A stretch of DNA of 63,583 nt, the filler included, from Octopus bimaculoides (taxonomy: Eukaryota), in assembly GCF_001194135.2 (NCBI RefSeq). It is 4 parts of 4 records of this genome, joined end to end, with 100 filler letters (N's around TTAATTAATTAA, not from the genome) between each part and the next. Parts side by side here need not be neighbours in the genome. Positions count along the whole stretch, not along the records: positions 44,463 to 52,094 come from NC_069006.1; positions 52,195 to 63,583 come from NC_068998.1; 2 more parts are not named here. One strand, given 5' to 3'. The notes beneath the pieces were generated by a model, which searched no databases, had not been told where the DNA came from, and saw nothing but the letters and a program-made list of their open reading frames with translations. Numbering within the stretch: position 1 is the first letter of the stretch; each line of letters begins with the position of its first letter. Shown here one piece after another: positions 47,691 through 59,752 of the stretch. The position numbers were made by a program, and so were the translations under genes.

Positions 47691-49045
47691 TAATAAAATG
47701 ACTACACATGTTTCATAACTAATTTTCAAATAGAAATGAAATTTAAATTGATTAAAATCAATTAAAATTATCGAAAATAAATTCTATTCAAAATTACAGC
47801 TAATCGTCAGGTCAAAATACAACAACAATAATAATAAATAAATGTATATATCAACCAACGATAAGTACCAAATGAATCTATATAAAATACTTATTTTATA
47901 AAGATAGAAAAATATTATTAAAAATATCAAAATAATAAACATTCAGTAATCATCCCTACATCCATTATAATATATGCTAACATGTATATTATATACAAAA
48001 ACCAGCTTAAATAAATTATTATCATTTTAAATACAATTTAAACAAAGTTTAAGGTTAAAATAATAATAAAGATAATATTAGCACATACTTAACCGGTGTA
48101 ATAGTTAAAGTTAGACTATTAAAGACTAAAAACGCTTATTTAAGTATCATTAAAAAGCAATTGAATAATAGAATAATATAAGAATACTTATTTCTACAAA
48201 CGTAGAAATAAAAATAAAAATATGAATAAAAAATTATGAATAAAAAGTATTATTATGAATGAAAGATTAAACTTTATATAGCCTAAGTTTTAATTAAAAA
48301 AACCTTTAACGATATTATAAACAATAAATACTAGTTAATTATCAAAATAGTATTAATCAAAAATAATCGAAAATATTTCAAATCGAAGTCTTATATTATG
48401 TTGAAATGATACTCTAACTTCTAAATACTTTAGTGTTAAATAAGTTATCTATTAAAAATATTCTTTAAAAAAACCAAATGAATAATATAAAATGCAAGAA
48501 TACATATTATTTTCAAATAGTAGTAAAATCGTTTAGCAAAGTAAAAACAGTACTTATCCATATTTTTCCGTAATTCAAACTGAAACTTAGACGTTAACTA
48601 ATACCTATAGCGTTTCTTAGCAAGAGGTCGCGCGATATACACCGGTTAAATATGTGCTGATATCTTTATTATTATCTTAATGTTAAACTTCGTTCAAATT
48701 GTATTTAAAACGATAATAATTTATTTAAGCTGGTTTTTGTATATAATATACATGTTAGCATATATTATAATGGATGTAGGGATGATTATTGAATGTTTAT
48801 TATTTTGATATTTTTAATAATATTTTTCTATCTTTATAAAATAAGTATTTTATATAAATTCATTTGGTACTTATCGTTGGTTGATATATACATTTATTTA
48901 TTATTATTATTGTTGTATTTTTGACCTGACGATTAGCTGTATTTTTTAATAGAATTTATTTTCGATAATTTTAATTGATTTTAATCAATTTAAATTTCAT
49001 TTCTATTTGAAAATTAGTTATGAAATACGTGTAGTCATTTTATTA
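47691..49045. repeat. Long AT-rich inverted repeat: arms 47691-48100 (410 bp) and 48638-49045 (408 bp), 537-bp spacer
   Basis: Manual alignment gives 15 substitutions and 2 indels (about 96% identity); the right arm runs into a gap. Confidence 0.93.
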
Positions 49046-49420
49046 NNNNNNNNNNNNNNNNNNNNNNNNNNNNNNNNNNNNNNNNNNNNNNNNNNNNNNN
49101 NNNNNNNNNNNNNNNNNNNNNNNNNNNNNNNNNNNNNNNNNNNNNNNNNNNNNNNNNNNNNNNNNNNNNNNNNNNNNNNNNNNNNNNNNNNNNNNNNNNN
49201 NNNNNNNNNNNNNNNNNNNNNNNNNNNNNNNNNNNNNNNNNNNNNNNNNNNNNNNNNNNNNNNNNNNNNNNNNNNNNNNNNNNNNNNNNNNNNNNNNNNN
49301 NNNNNNNNNNNNNNNNNNNNNNNNNNNNNNNNNNNNNNNNNNNNNNNNNNNNNNNNNNNNNNNNNNNNNNNNNNNNNNNNNNNNNNNNNNNNNNNNNNNN
49401 NNNNNNNNNNNNNNNNNNNN

Positions 49421-50300
49421 ACGGTCCCGTTAAATTGCTCGGAGTCTGGTTCGGTCTGGACCTCCAGATGGGGAAAAACTGGGACGAGGTGACGAACAGG
49501 GTTGCCAATCTCACCCAGAAATGGGCCAAGAGGAAGCTGTCCCTGAAAGGTCGAGCCGAGGTGGCGAATGCGTACATCGCATCCGTCATCTATTACCGCT
49601 TGCCCGTCATTCCTTGTCCCTACTGCTGGTTGACCAAGCTGGTGAGCTTACTCTTCCACTTTCTGTGGAAGAGGTAGACCACTGGTCAGGCGCTCTATCT
49701 GTTGTCAACAGCCGCTGAACGGAGGCCTTGTTATGCCGAGGTTGCTAATGCACAGACATGCGCTCAGGCTACGGTATCTCAAGTGTTTCCTTGATGGTGA
49801 GCAGGTGTGGTCGCCGTTTGTAAGACTCGTCTTTCCACAGCTCGTATCTTTGACTGAGCTGCAATCTTGGATCAAGCATAGACTAAGAAAGGGTGCTTGG
49901 CACCTCGAGTGCCGTAAAGCAATCTCCGCCCTCCGCCAAACAGGCAATGCGAGCGGTAGCAGTTCCACTCTAGCGTTCTATAGAGGGTTAGCAAATTTGT
50001 TGAAAGGAGGGTGAATGTCGGAAAAATGGCCAGTATGGACGGGTCAATTCTGAGATTAGAATCCTGTGAAAAGGAGTATAAAAGCGCTGTTGACCAGGCA
50101 CCGTTGGCTTTTATGGGTTTTTTCCACGAGTAACCTTCAAAGCGCCTGTCCCTATTGGGAGTTTTTACTTGTTATATTATTTTCGTTATCAAATGTTTAC
50201 ACGAACCTTTTTTTTTTTTGCAAAACCCTTTGTATATCGTCTTGTGTTGGCCTTTAATGTTTTTGATTTATATTAGCCTTTGTGGCCAATAAAAAGAATT
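49421..50300 (+). mobile_element. Tx1/L1-clade LINE 3' fragment (ORF2 C-terminus, internal deletion near 49990, 3' UTR)
   Basis: LGVWFGLDLQMGKNWDEVTNRV...KLSLKGRAEVANAYIASVIYYRL; LRLRYLKCFLDGEQVWSPFV (homologous to 32590-32900); terminus tagcctttgtggccaataaaaagaatt. Confidence 0.85.
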
Positions 50301-50519
50301 ATCAATTCAAAAATTGAAATTTATTAACATAATATTATATTATATTCTTATAATAATATATAATATATACCCAGGATTATTTCCCCTTTTTTTTAATTTT
50401 TAGGAGGGGGTAGTCACAAGACACGTCAGGCAATCCCCGTTCTATGCTCGGCTCAAGGCATAGAACGCAACCCCCAATATCAGCAGTGGAACCCGACAGC
50501 ATATGCTGATTTACTCCTG

Positions 50520-50720
50520 CCGCATCGTGCTGGTTTTGTACCTCTTTGAGCAACATCAAAATGCACTCATCCATCCTCAAAGACTCTCCAAGCTTTCTTA
50601 TCATTTATAAACTCTCTTGCCTCTCTCACTCCAACACCTCTAACCACTAAAGCTTTCCTCACTTTATCCATCCACACAAACTGAGGTCTGCCTCTGGTTC
50701 TGTTGTCTGTTCCATGCGTA
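50520..50720 (-). pseudogene. RTE-like LINE C-terminal fragment
   Basis: RGRPQFVWMDKVRKALVVRGVGVREAREFINDKKAWRVF. Confidence 0.6.
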
Positions 50721-50830
50721 GCTTAAGAGGCGACTAAAAGGAGCAGAAGAGAGGAGACTGGGAACCCAATTCTAGTAAATCCATATTCCTAAAAAGATGG
50801 CAAGACTATTATAAATACGATATATATATA

Positions 50831-51061
50831 TATTTCTTTATTGCCCACGAGGGGTGGGGAGCTAAACATAGAAGGGACAAAGAAGGTCACACAAAGGGAT
50901 TAAGTCGATTACATCGACCCCAGTGCGTAACTGGTACTCATTTAATCGACCCCGGCGGCATTTGATCGACCCTCGGCGGCATTTGATGTCAGAACGTAAC
51001 GGCAGATGAAATACCGCTGAGCATTTCGCCCGGCGTGCTAACGATTCTGCCAGCTCACCGC
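50831..51061 (-). mobile_element. SINE family A with rearranged core
   Basis: Full head and tail; central gaaaggatgaaaggcaaag is replaced by duplicated atcgaccc(t)cggcggcatttg. Confidence 0.85.
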
Positions 51062-51444
51062 ACTGTAATGAATACTAAATATTAAATACACATAATATAC
51101 AATTGCTTCGATTCTTATCCATAATAAAATTATAAAAATCCATTGTTTGTGGGTAAGAATCTCTTCAGTGTAATTTTTATATATCTATATATATAATAAT
51201 GAGAAGCGAAAGACGGGTTAGCAATACACATATAATAGCATATACTCCGTTATAAAATATGTGGACGAAATCATACCACAGGAATATATACAAAAATAAA
51301 TACATTAAAAGATACATTAGAATATATATAAATAAGGATCATGGATACGGTCAGAACATTGCGAAGTTAATGCAAGGCAAATCCCAAGAAAACAAATACA
51401 TGAATTAATGAAGACTTACCTTGCATTCAATATTTCGGTGTTAT

Positions 51445-51878
51445 AAAAGGCGGCGAGCTGGCAGAAACGTTAGCACACCGGGCGAAATGCTTAGCGGTAT
51501 TTCGTCTGCCGCTACGTTCTGAGTTCAAATTCCGCCGGGATCGACTTTGCCTTTCATCCTTTCGGGGTCGATAAATTAAGTACCAGTTACGCACTGGTGT
51601 AGATGTAATCGACTTATTCCCTTTGTCTGTCCTTGTTTGACCCCTCTGTGTGTAGCCCCTTGCGGGCAATGAAGAAATAAGAAATGTTAGCACACCGGGC
51701 GAAATGCTTAGCGGTATTTCGTCTGTCTTTACGTTGTGAGTTCAAATTCCGCCGACGTCGACTTTGCCTTTGATCCTTCTGGGGTCGATAAATTAAGTAC
51801 CAGTTGCATACTGGGATCGATCTAATCGACTGGCCCCGTCCTCCAATAATTTCGGGCCTTGTGCATTGAGTAGAAAAG
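51445..51878 (+). mobile_element. Head-to-tail SINE family A dimer with two different tails
   Basis: Monomer 1 ends ttgcgggcaatgaagaaataagaaa; monomer 2 starts tgttagcacaccggg and ends gggccttgtgcattgagtagaaaag; 16-bp TSD-like flanks 51429-51444 / 51879-51894 (1 mismatch). Confidence 0.85.
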
Positions 51879-52194
51879 AATATTTCGGGGTTATGACCCC
51901 ATTTTCAAGTAACAGTCCGGATGTTTTATTGTCTACGATTACGTTTTTGTTCCATTTTTTAAATATTTACATATACATATAGAGGCGCACGTACACCTTT
52001 GCTCACCTTACACACACACACACACACACACACACAGAGGAGTAGCTGTAATGTATAGGAATGGCTGTGTGGTAAGAAGCTTGCTTCCCAACCANNNNNN
52101 NNNNNNNNNNNNNNNNNNNNNNNNNNNNNNNNNNNNNNTTAATTAATTAANNNNNNNNNNNNNNNNNNNNNNNNNNNNNNNNNNNNNNNNNNNN

Positions 52195-52260
<66 letters not shown>

Positions 52261-53639
52261 CTTTCATTGTGTGTATGTGTATTTATGTGTGTGCGCGAGT
52301 GTGTTACTGTTGAAGTCGCTCGTGCAACTTGCTTGTGTATATATTGGCTTAGTGGTACAGAGTGTTTGGAAACTGTGAATAAGGTGCAAGTTTCGAGTAC
52401 TTGTCGGTAACTTTTTTTTTCTCCTCGTCTTCTGATAGTAATTACCCAATTTTCTAGGCTCTTCTCGTAGATATCCCGCATTCAAAAAACTATATGGGTA
52501 NNNNNNNNNNNNNNNNNNNNNNNNNNNNNNNNNNNNNNNNNNNNNNNNNNNNNNNNNNNNNNNNNNNNNNNNNNNNNNNNNNNNNNNNNNNNNNNNNNNN
52601 NNNNNNNNNNNNNNNNNNNNNNNNNNNNNNNNNNNNNNNNNNNNNNNNNNNNNNNNNNNNNNNNNNNNNNNNNNNNNNNNNNNNNNNNNNNNNNNNNNNN
52701 NNNNNNNNNNNNNNNNNNNNNNNNNNNNNNNNNNNNNNNNNNNNNNNNNNNNNNNNNNNNNNNNNNNNNNNNNNNNNNNNNNNNNNNNNNNNNNNNNNNN
52801 NNNNNNNNNNNNNNNNNNNNNNNNNNNNNNNNNNNNNNNNNNNNNNNNNNNNNNNNNNNNNNNNNNNNNNNNNNNNNNNNNNNNNNNNNNNNNNNNNNNN
52901 NNNNNNNNNNNNNNNNNNNNNNNNNNNNNNNNNNNNNNNNNNNNNNNNNNNNNNNNNNNNNNNNNNNNNNNNNNNNNNTATATATATATATATATATAAG
53001 ATAGTGGTACAATAATGCACCAATATTTACTGGAAATGGCAGTCGATAATATACGACGCTATAGTAAAGCTTCACTATATATTTACTGGCAAAAATGTTT
53101 GCGGGCGGCGAACAAAAAAATTTCATCTTACCTTTCGGAAGATCATTAACTAAATGTACAACCCAGATGTGGCTAATCTAGGATCTAGGCTTCTAACTTG
53201 CCAAATTACGTTTGTTAACGTAAATTTGATTAGTTCTAATCGGCTAGATTCACCTAGATAAAATCTCAAATGTGGCTACATCAATACCAGTATATGCTCG
53301 TTTGAAACGCCTAGCCGCTAACAGACCGAGAACTGTGAAAAAGTTTTCAAAGAAATAATTATTAAATAGGGCAATACAGTAGTATTGCTTCCCAGTAAAA
53401 CAAAGCACTACCAGGTTAAAATATAAATAAGTTAGTGGTACCAATATAAATAAGTTAGTGCACCAATATTTACATCCATTTCTATACTTTCCTGACAATT
53501 ATTACGTTTCAATCCTTTATTTTTAATAACCTTCCATATTTCTTCATTAGTCTTTTTATTTACTTTGAAGCAATGACATTCGTATCTAGTAATTTTTTAG
53601 ATAACTTCTTTTTTTTTCGCTTTAAAGAAGAGTATGTTA

Positions 53640-53905
53640 GTGATTGATATATATATATAGTAATAGAAGAGTGAAACAACGTATCATAGCAGTAGCAGGC
53701 AAGCTCTCCAGTTATCAGAAAAAAGATCAGTATCAACAGGATAGATCATTTGAGACAGACCAGAAGAGAACTTATAATCCAATAAATAGTCGAGAACGAT
53801 GTACTAAAGATGAGAAACCTAATGCAGAAGCATCTAGGAAGTTCTGGGGTAATATTTGGGATAAACCAATCAAGCATAATGGAGATGCAGTATGGTTAAA
53901 GAAAG
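53640..53905 (+). pseudogene. R4/Dong-like LINE fragment (pre-RT region)
   Basis: KLSSYQKKDQYQQDRSFETDQKRTY...PNAEASRKFWGNIWDKPIKHNGDAVWLK. Confidence 0.6.
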
Positions 53906-55330
53906 AGTGCCGGTGTTGTTTTTGTTGTGTCTATGTTCGATGTGTTGGGGGTTTCTGTGTTTTCGGGTGTTGATGTAGTTTCTTTTGTTTTCTGTTTCCT
54001 TTGCCTTTTTCGTTTTTTACTGAGTGGGGTTCTACTTCGTCTTTACTACGAGATGAGTACTGGCTAGTGTCTTCATGGTCTCTCTCGGGGAGAGTCAGTG
54101 TGTCTGTGATAGTGTGAGCGTGCTTGTGTGTGTGTGCTTGAGAGCGGTGGTGAGGGGCGGGGCTGATCTGACAGATACCTGTGTCGTTTTCCCCATTGTA
54201 TGGCATTCCTGTGCCTCTACTGTTGTTGTTGAGGTGAGACTGCAGTTCTAAAAGGTCTCCGTTCTGGGGGATGCGCAGCAGGTTGCGGATGTGTCCGCGT
54301 ATCTTCCGGCTTTCGGGGGAAGGAGGCTCTCAGGTGGCTTGTGGCTCCACAGGTGTCACATCTGGTCTTACCGCCTTCCACGACGACACGCAGTTCCACC
54401 CTGATGGGCAGCTGGATTAGGTCCGGGACACTCACGATATTCTGGTTTCACATGGATGAATATCTCCAAGTTGATCCTGCATCAAATTCTCAATGCTGCT
54501 CCTTTTTACCTCCAGGGGTGACTCTGGCTCCTGCACGGCAAAGACAACGATGCACCAGACGTTTACACCTGGTGGAACGCCGTTTACCCCAATTCTCGTA
54601 GTTCTCTTCCTCCGTCCACCGGGGTAACACTGCGTGTCTCCGCGTGAGGTCTCCACTTTTAAAGAGAAACTCATTACTGGCAAACTGCCCCCCTCTCTGT
54701 ATGTGAGTTACAACTACTAACATATCGCTGATGACCTCCTTACGTTACTGATGGAGGCTATTTCGGCCCTCCTACTTTTCCGTGATACGCACTTAAAATA
54801 AACCGTCTTTCTTTTGACTCTATTATTTCGGAAGGTACGAGCACTAATGCCTTATCTCCGTCAACTTTGATGATGTCTTTTGCTTTTGAAAGCCCTCGAA
54901 TTTTGTCCATGTGAGAGATCGTAAACATTTTTTTGTGTTTGCTACCAGTAAACCTCTTGTTTTTGTTATTGTTGTTGTTGTTGATGTCGTCGACGTTGCT
55001 GCTGCTGTTGTTGTTGGTGGTAATGGTGGTGGAGTTGTAGCCACTTCCACCATTGTTGCTCTCCACACCGCCATCACTGCCTTCAATTGTAGTATTATTT
55101 CCCCCCGTTATCCTCCATTTTGGTTTGAATTGCACTGCTGTGGTTAACACTACAACTACTCCTGCCGCCACTGACTCCGCCGCCGCCATCGTTGCTGTCA
55201 ATGGTGTTGCCAATGTTTTCACTGCTGCTTCTACTTTGAACTTTTCCGCCCTTCCTTTTCTTCTCCTCCTCTCCTGTAATGTTGTCAGTAATGGGAGGAA
55301 AGAGGAAGGAAATCTTCAGCATTCAAAAAA
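53905..55330 (-). pseudogene. Second Tx1-like ORF1 remnant with low-complexity N-terminus; no ORF2
   Basis: VELRVVVEGGKTRCDTCGATSHLRAS (compare KLRVMVEGRKPHCFKCGEKGHVRAEC at 35251-35598); IRVNGVPPGV RRM-like remnant; Asn/Thr/Gly-rich upstream part. Confidence 0.65.
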
Positions 55331-55493
55331 TGTCTTTCAGGAGATGTAGTATTTTTTCCCCTTAACACTTCCAAGATGCATTCTGCCATCTTGTTTATTT
55401 ATATTGGGTTAAAACGCCCACCGGGTGTAAACAAAAGTTTTAAACAATACTTATTTTGGGCGTTCGAACATACGTCCGTTGTGTTCAGCAGTA

Positions 55494-55494
<1 letters not shown>

Positions 55495-55565
<71 letters not shown>
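55495..55565 (+). repeat. (AAT)n microsatellite
   Basis: Direct reading; runs into a gap. Confidence 0.95.
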
Positions 55566-57852
55566 NNNNNNNNNNNNNNNNNNNNNNNNNNNNNNNNNNN
55601 NNNNNNNNNNNNNNNNNNNNNNNNNNNNNNNNNNNNNNNNNNNNNNNNNNNNNNNNNNNNNNNNNNNNNNNNNNNNNNNNNNNNNNNNNNNNNNNNNNNN
55701 NNNNNNNNNNNNNNNNNNNNNNNNNNNNNNNNNNNNNNNNNNNNNNNNNNNNNNNNNNNNNNNNNNNNNNNNNNNNNNNNNNNNNNNNNNNNNNNNNNNN
55801 NNNNNNNNNNNNNNNNNNNNNNNNNNNNNNNNNNNNNNNNNNNNNNNNNNNNNNNNNNNNNNNNNNNNNNNNNNNNNNNNNNNNNNNNNNNNNNNNNNNN
55901 NNNNNNNNNNNNNNNNNNNNNNNNNNNNNNNNNNNNNNNNNNNNNNNNNNNNNNNNNNNNNNNNNNNNNNNNNNNNNNNNNNNNNNNNNNNNNNNNNNNN
56001 NNNNNNNNNNNNNNNNNNNNNNNNNNNNNNNNNNNNNNNNNNNNNNNNNNNNNNNNNNNNNNNNNNNNNNTAACCAATATGAGTGGTTCTGAAGGTGGAA
56101 TTCCATACGTAAAAAAAAAATGAAGAAAAATCCATTATTCAAAGTCATTTTTTTGTTTACTGAAACATCTTCATTTTACTGTGAAGTCGTGCATAAAAAT
56201 CAATAGACGAATGTAAATGTTTATTCATGGTGTAATAAACTAATAGTCAAACTAGAGAGAAATATCTTGAAAAACGAAAGCAAATAAACAAATAGAAAAA
56301 GAAAAAGAAAAAGGAAAACTGAAGCCTCTACTCTCATCAAAAATATTTGCATATCACCGGAATTTAAGAAAAAAAGTATTACCCAAAGCCATTGCACTCA
56401 GTTGTAAAAACAACGTAGACGATATCCGAATTATATTATCGCAAACTAACACGCATCCGCAGCTATATACGCACACATACCCATACACAACCCAGCACAT
56501 ATGCATATTTTGTGAGCACATGTTAATTTTTTGGAGAACTCTTAAGATAAACACCAATACAATTTCTGATGAAGGGGCGACTAAGCGTAGACACAAATGT
56601 ATCATAACATACGTTTTGACTGCGATATTTAAGTTATGTTCCTTATCACTGTACTGTATTTTGGCTAAGTATCTTTAACACAACCTCGAGTCAACTCAGT
56701 CCTTGTGATTGACAATGCATTCGGGGAAACTGTTTAGAAATCAGTCTGGTTAGTTGTACAGTTCATACCACTCAGTTACGTTAAGGGAAACATTTCTGAT
56801 TTACACAGATATTTTGTACGTTACTGAGTAAGTCTTTCGGTTAGTCGAATAACTGGATGGTCATGCTCAAAAATGCAGGAGAAAGTCCGTTATATATTGT
56901 ATTTTTATTGTGTATTTTATATGTATGATATATTATAATACCATGTAATATATCATAAAATATAATATAACATAATATAATGTAATATAATAAATAAATA
57001 TATATATATATATANNNNNNNNNNNNNNNNNNNNNNNNNNNNNNNNNNNNNNNNNNNNNNNNNNNNNNNNNNNNNNNNNNNNNNNNNNNNNNNNNNNNNN
57101 NNNNNNNNNNNNNNNNNNNNNNNNNNNNNNNNNNNNNNNNNNNNNNNNNNNNNNNNNNNNNNNNNNNNNNNNNNNNNNNNNNNNNNNNNNNNNNNNNNNN
57201 NNNNNNNNNNNNNNNNNNNNNNNNNNNNNNNNNNNNNNNNNNNNNNNNNNNNNNNNNNNNNNNNNNNNNNNNNNNNNNNNNNNNNNNNNNNNNNNNNNNN
57301 NNNNNNNNNNNNNNNNNNNNNNNNNNNNNNNNNNNNNNNNNNNNNNNNNNNNNNNNNNNNNNNNNNNNNNNNNNNNNNNNNNNNNNNNNNNNNNNNNNNN
57401 NNNNNNNNNNNNNNNNNNNNNNNNNNNNNNNNNNNNNNNNNNNNNNNNNNNNNNNNNNNNNNNNNNNNNNNNNNNNNNNNNNNNNNNNNNNNNNNNNNNN
57501 NNNNNNNNNNNNNNNNNNNNNNNNNNNNNNNNNNNNNNNNNNNNNNNNNNNNNNNNNNNNNNNNNNNNNNNNNNNNNNNNNNNNNNNNNNNNNNNNNNNN
57601 NNNNNNNNNNNNNNNNNNNNNNNNNNNNNNNNNNNNNNNNNNNNNNNNNNNNNNNNNNNNNNNNNNNNNNNNNNNNNNNNNNNNNNNNNNNNNNNNNNNN
57701 NNNNNNNNNNNNNNNNNNNNNNNNNNNNNNNNNNNNNNNNNNNNNNNNNNNNNNNNNNNNNNNNNNNNNNNNNNNNNNNNNNNNNNNNNNNNNNNNNNNN
57801 NNNNNNNNNNNNNNNNNNNNNNNNNNNNNNNNNNNNNNNNNNNNNNNNNNNN

Positions 57853-57892
<40 letters not shown>

Positions 57893-57935
57893 TCCTTACT
57901 ATGGTACATACGTATATACTCGCGCGCGCACACCC

Positions 57936-57974
<39 letters not shown>

Positions 57975-59559
57975 TATATACGTGTATATATATTTACATA
58001 TATGTATATACATACACGCATACATATATACATATACATATATATAACTGTATGATGTATACATTTATTTATATATTTTCAAAAGTGCAAGAGCAAGATG
58101 ATGAATAATACAATAGATTTTTTTGTGAAAGTCTGACGCGTGGAAAGAGAAAACATTATTTCAGGTTTCAATTTACAGGCTGTCGTCATGGAGAGAAACA
58201 AAATGGGTGTTTGAGTGAGAGAGAAAAAAGGATTTGTGGAGATGAAAATATTGAATGGATGCAATACAATACGTGTATGTTAAAAAAACACGATTTTGAG
58301 ATGGTGGATGAAAAGCGATGGAACGGGTGAGGCGTGAAATGCTAGTAGAGAACAGAGCAATCGACTAGGAGCCTATTGCGTTCAAGTGGGCAGACTTAGA
58401 CAAAGTCGCGGCTGAAAGTGGCAAACGAGCTTAGTAGGAAAAAGTGGAGAAGATATGTTCAACGTAAGAGGTGAGTGGAAGTGTCAAATGAGTTGAGGAA
58501 CTGGCTGATAAAAGTGGTATAAGTGGAGTATTGAGTTTTCGTTACGGTAAGTGTGGTGAGGTGTAAAAATGATTGTAAGTAACCAGGGAGACGAAGTGCG
58601 AAGATGTTTGAAACGAAAATGTAAATTGTTGAAAGAAAGCTGGAGGTTCAGTAACCTGACCGCTAAAAATAGAGAGTGGGAAGAGGAGGAAGAATGCTGT
58701 GTTATTCATCAGCTACAGTGTAGCTGGAGTCTATGTGGTTTTCACTCAAGTACCTTACAGAAACGTGTCATTCAAATTTAGTGACAGCAGCTGACCGCTA
58801 ACACTGCAATGAGGGATGCACTTGTTGTATTTCTATATATATCTCACAAGTCATTTTGATCTAGAACTATTAGTGAGAAGAAAATTTTGCTATGCAGAAT
58901 TTGTATGCATGTATATTTATTTTTGTAAGTGTTTGTGTACCTACGTAGTAAACGCCATATTTTTATACAAATGTGCCTTTGTTTACTATTTCAAGATGTC
59001 AACAAAAGCTTATGACTAGTCTGAAATAATATTGTAACTCTGAGGCCAGAGTGATAAGAACTCACAGTGTAGTAGAGGTGATAGCCACTGATATTATGAC
59101 AAAGAACTGGTGGAATGTCCCAGTGAAAACCTCAATATAATGTCAGCATAATTAACCTGACATAGTGATTTGGGACAGAGAAGAGAAACTATGTACAGCA
59201 ATGGAAATCAATTTACCAGCAGATCTAAATTGTAGTAGTTGTAAATTGAGAAATTTACAGCTACTCTACTCGGGTTACAAGTTTAGGTTTATATCTTTAA
59301 TTATTGGTGGGTTGGTACTGGGATATGTAACAAACTGCCTTTGCTGCAGTCTTGAGAAATTAAGATTCTCAGAATTTTAAAGGAGAAAGCTAATTAGAAG
59401 CTTATAGATTGAAGCCATAAATGGAAATGTCAAACATTCCAGAAATTTAGAATTTAAGTATATATGCGCATGTCTGGACATATAACTATATGCATGAAAA
59501 TACATGCATAAAACAAAACATATAAATCTGCACATGCACTGATTCCAAATATTGCACAT

Positions 59560-59721
59560 ATACACCCCATTATGCACAACTATCTTATTAATGTTTAAAA
59601 TTCCAATGAAAGAGCCTTGGATGTAGGTTAGAAACCGGCTCTTTCACTATTGGCAAGAAATCTAGAAATAAAACTGAATAAGAATGACATACATACATAC
59701 ATACATATATACATACAAACA

Positions 59722-59752
<31 letters not shown>

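Noticed and set aside
47080-49045. Very AT-rich stretch as a possible mitochondrial insertion (NUMT)
   Set aside because: No recognisable mitochondrial tRNA, rRNA or protein motif by eye; a BLASTN against cephalopod mtDNA would settle it.
56566-56600. CTGATGAAGGGG hammerhead-like start
   Set aside because: No stem II complement or GAAA follows.
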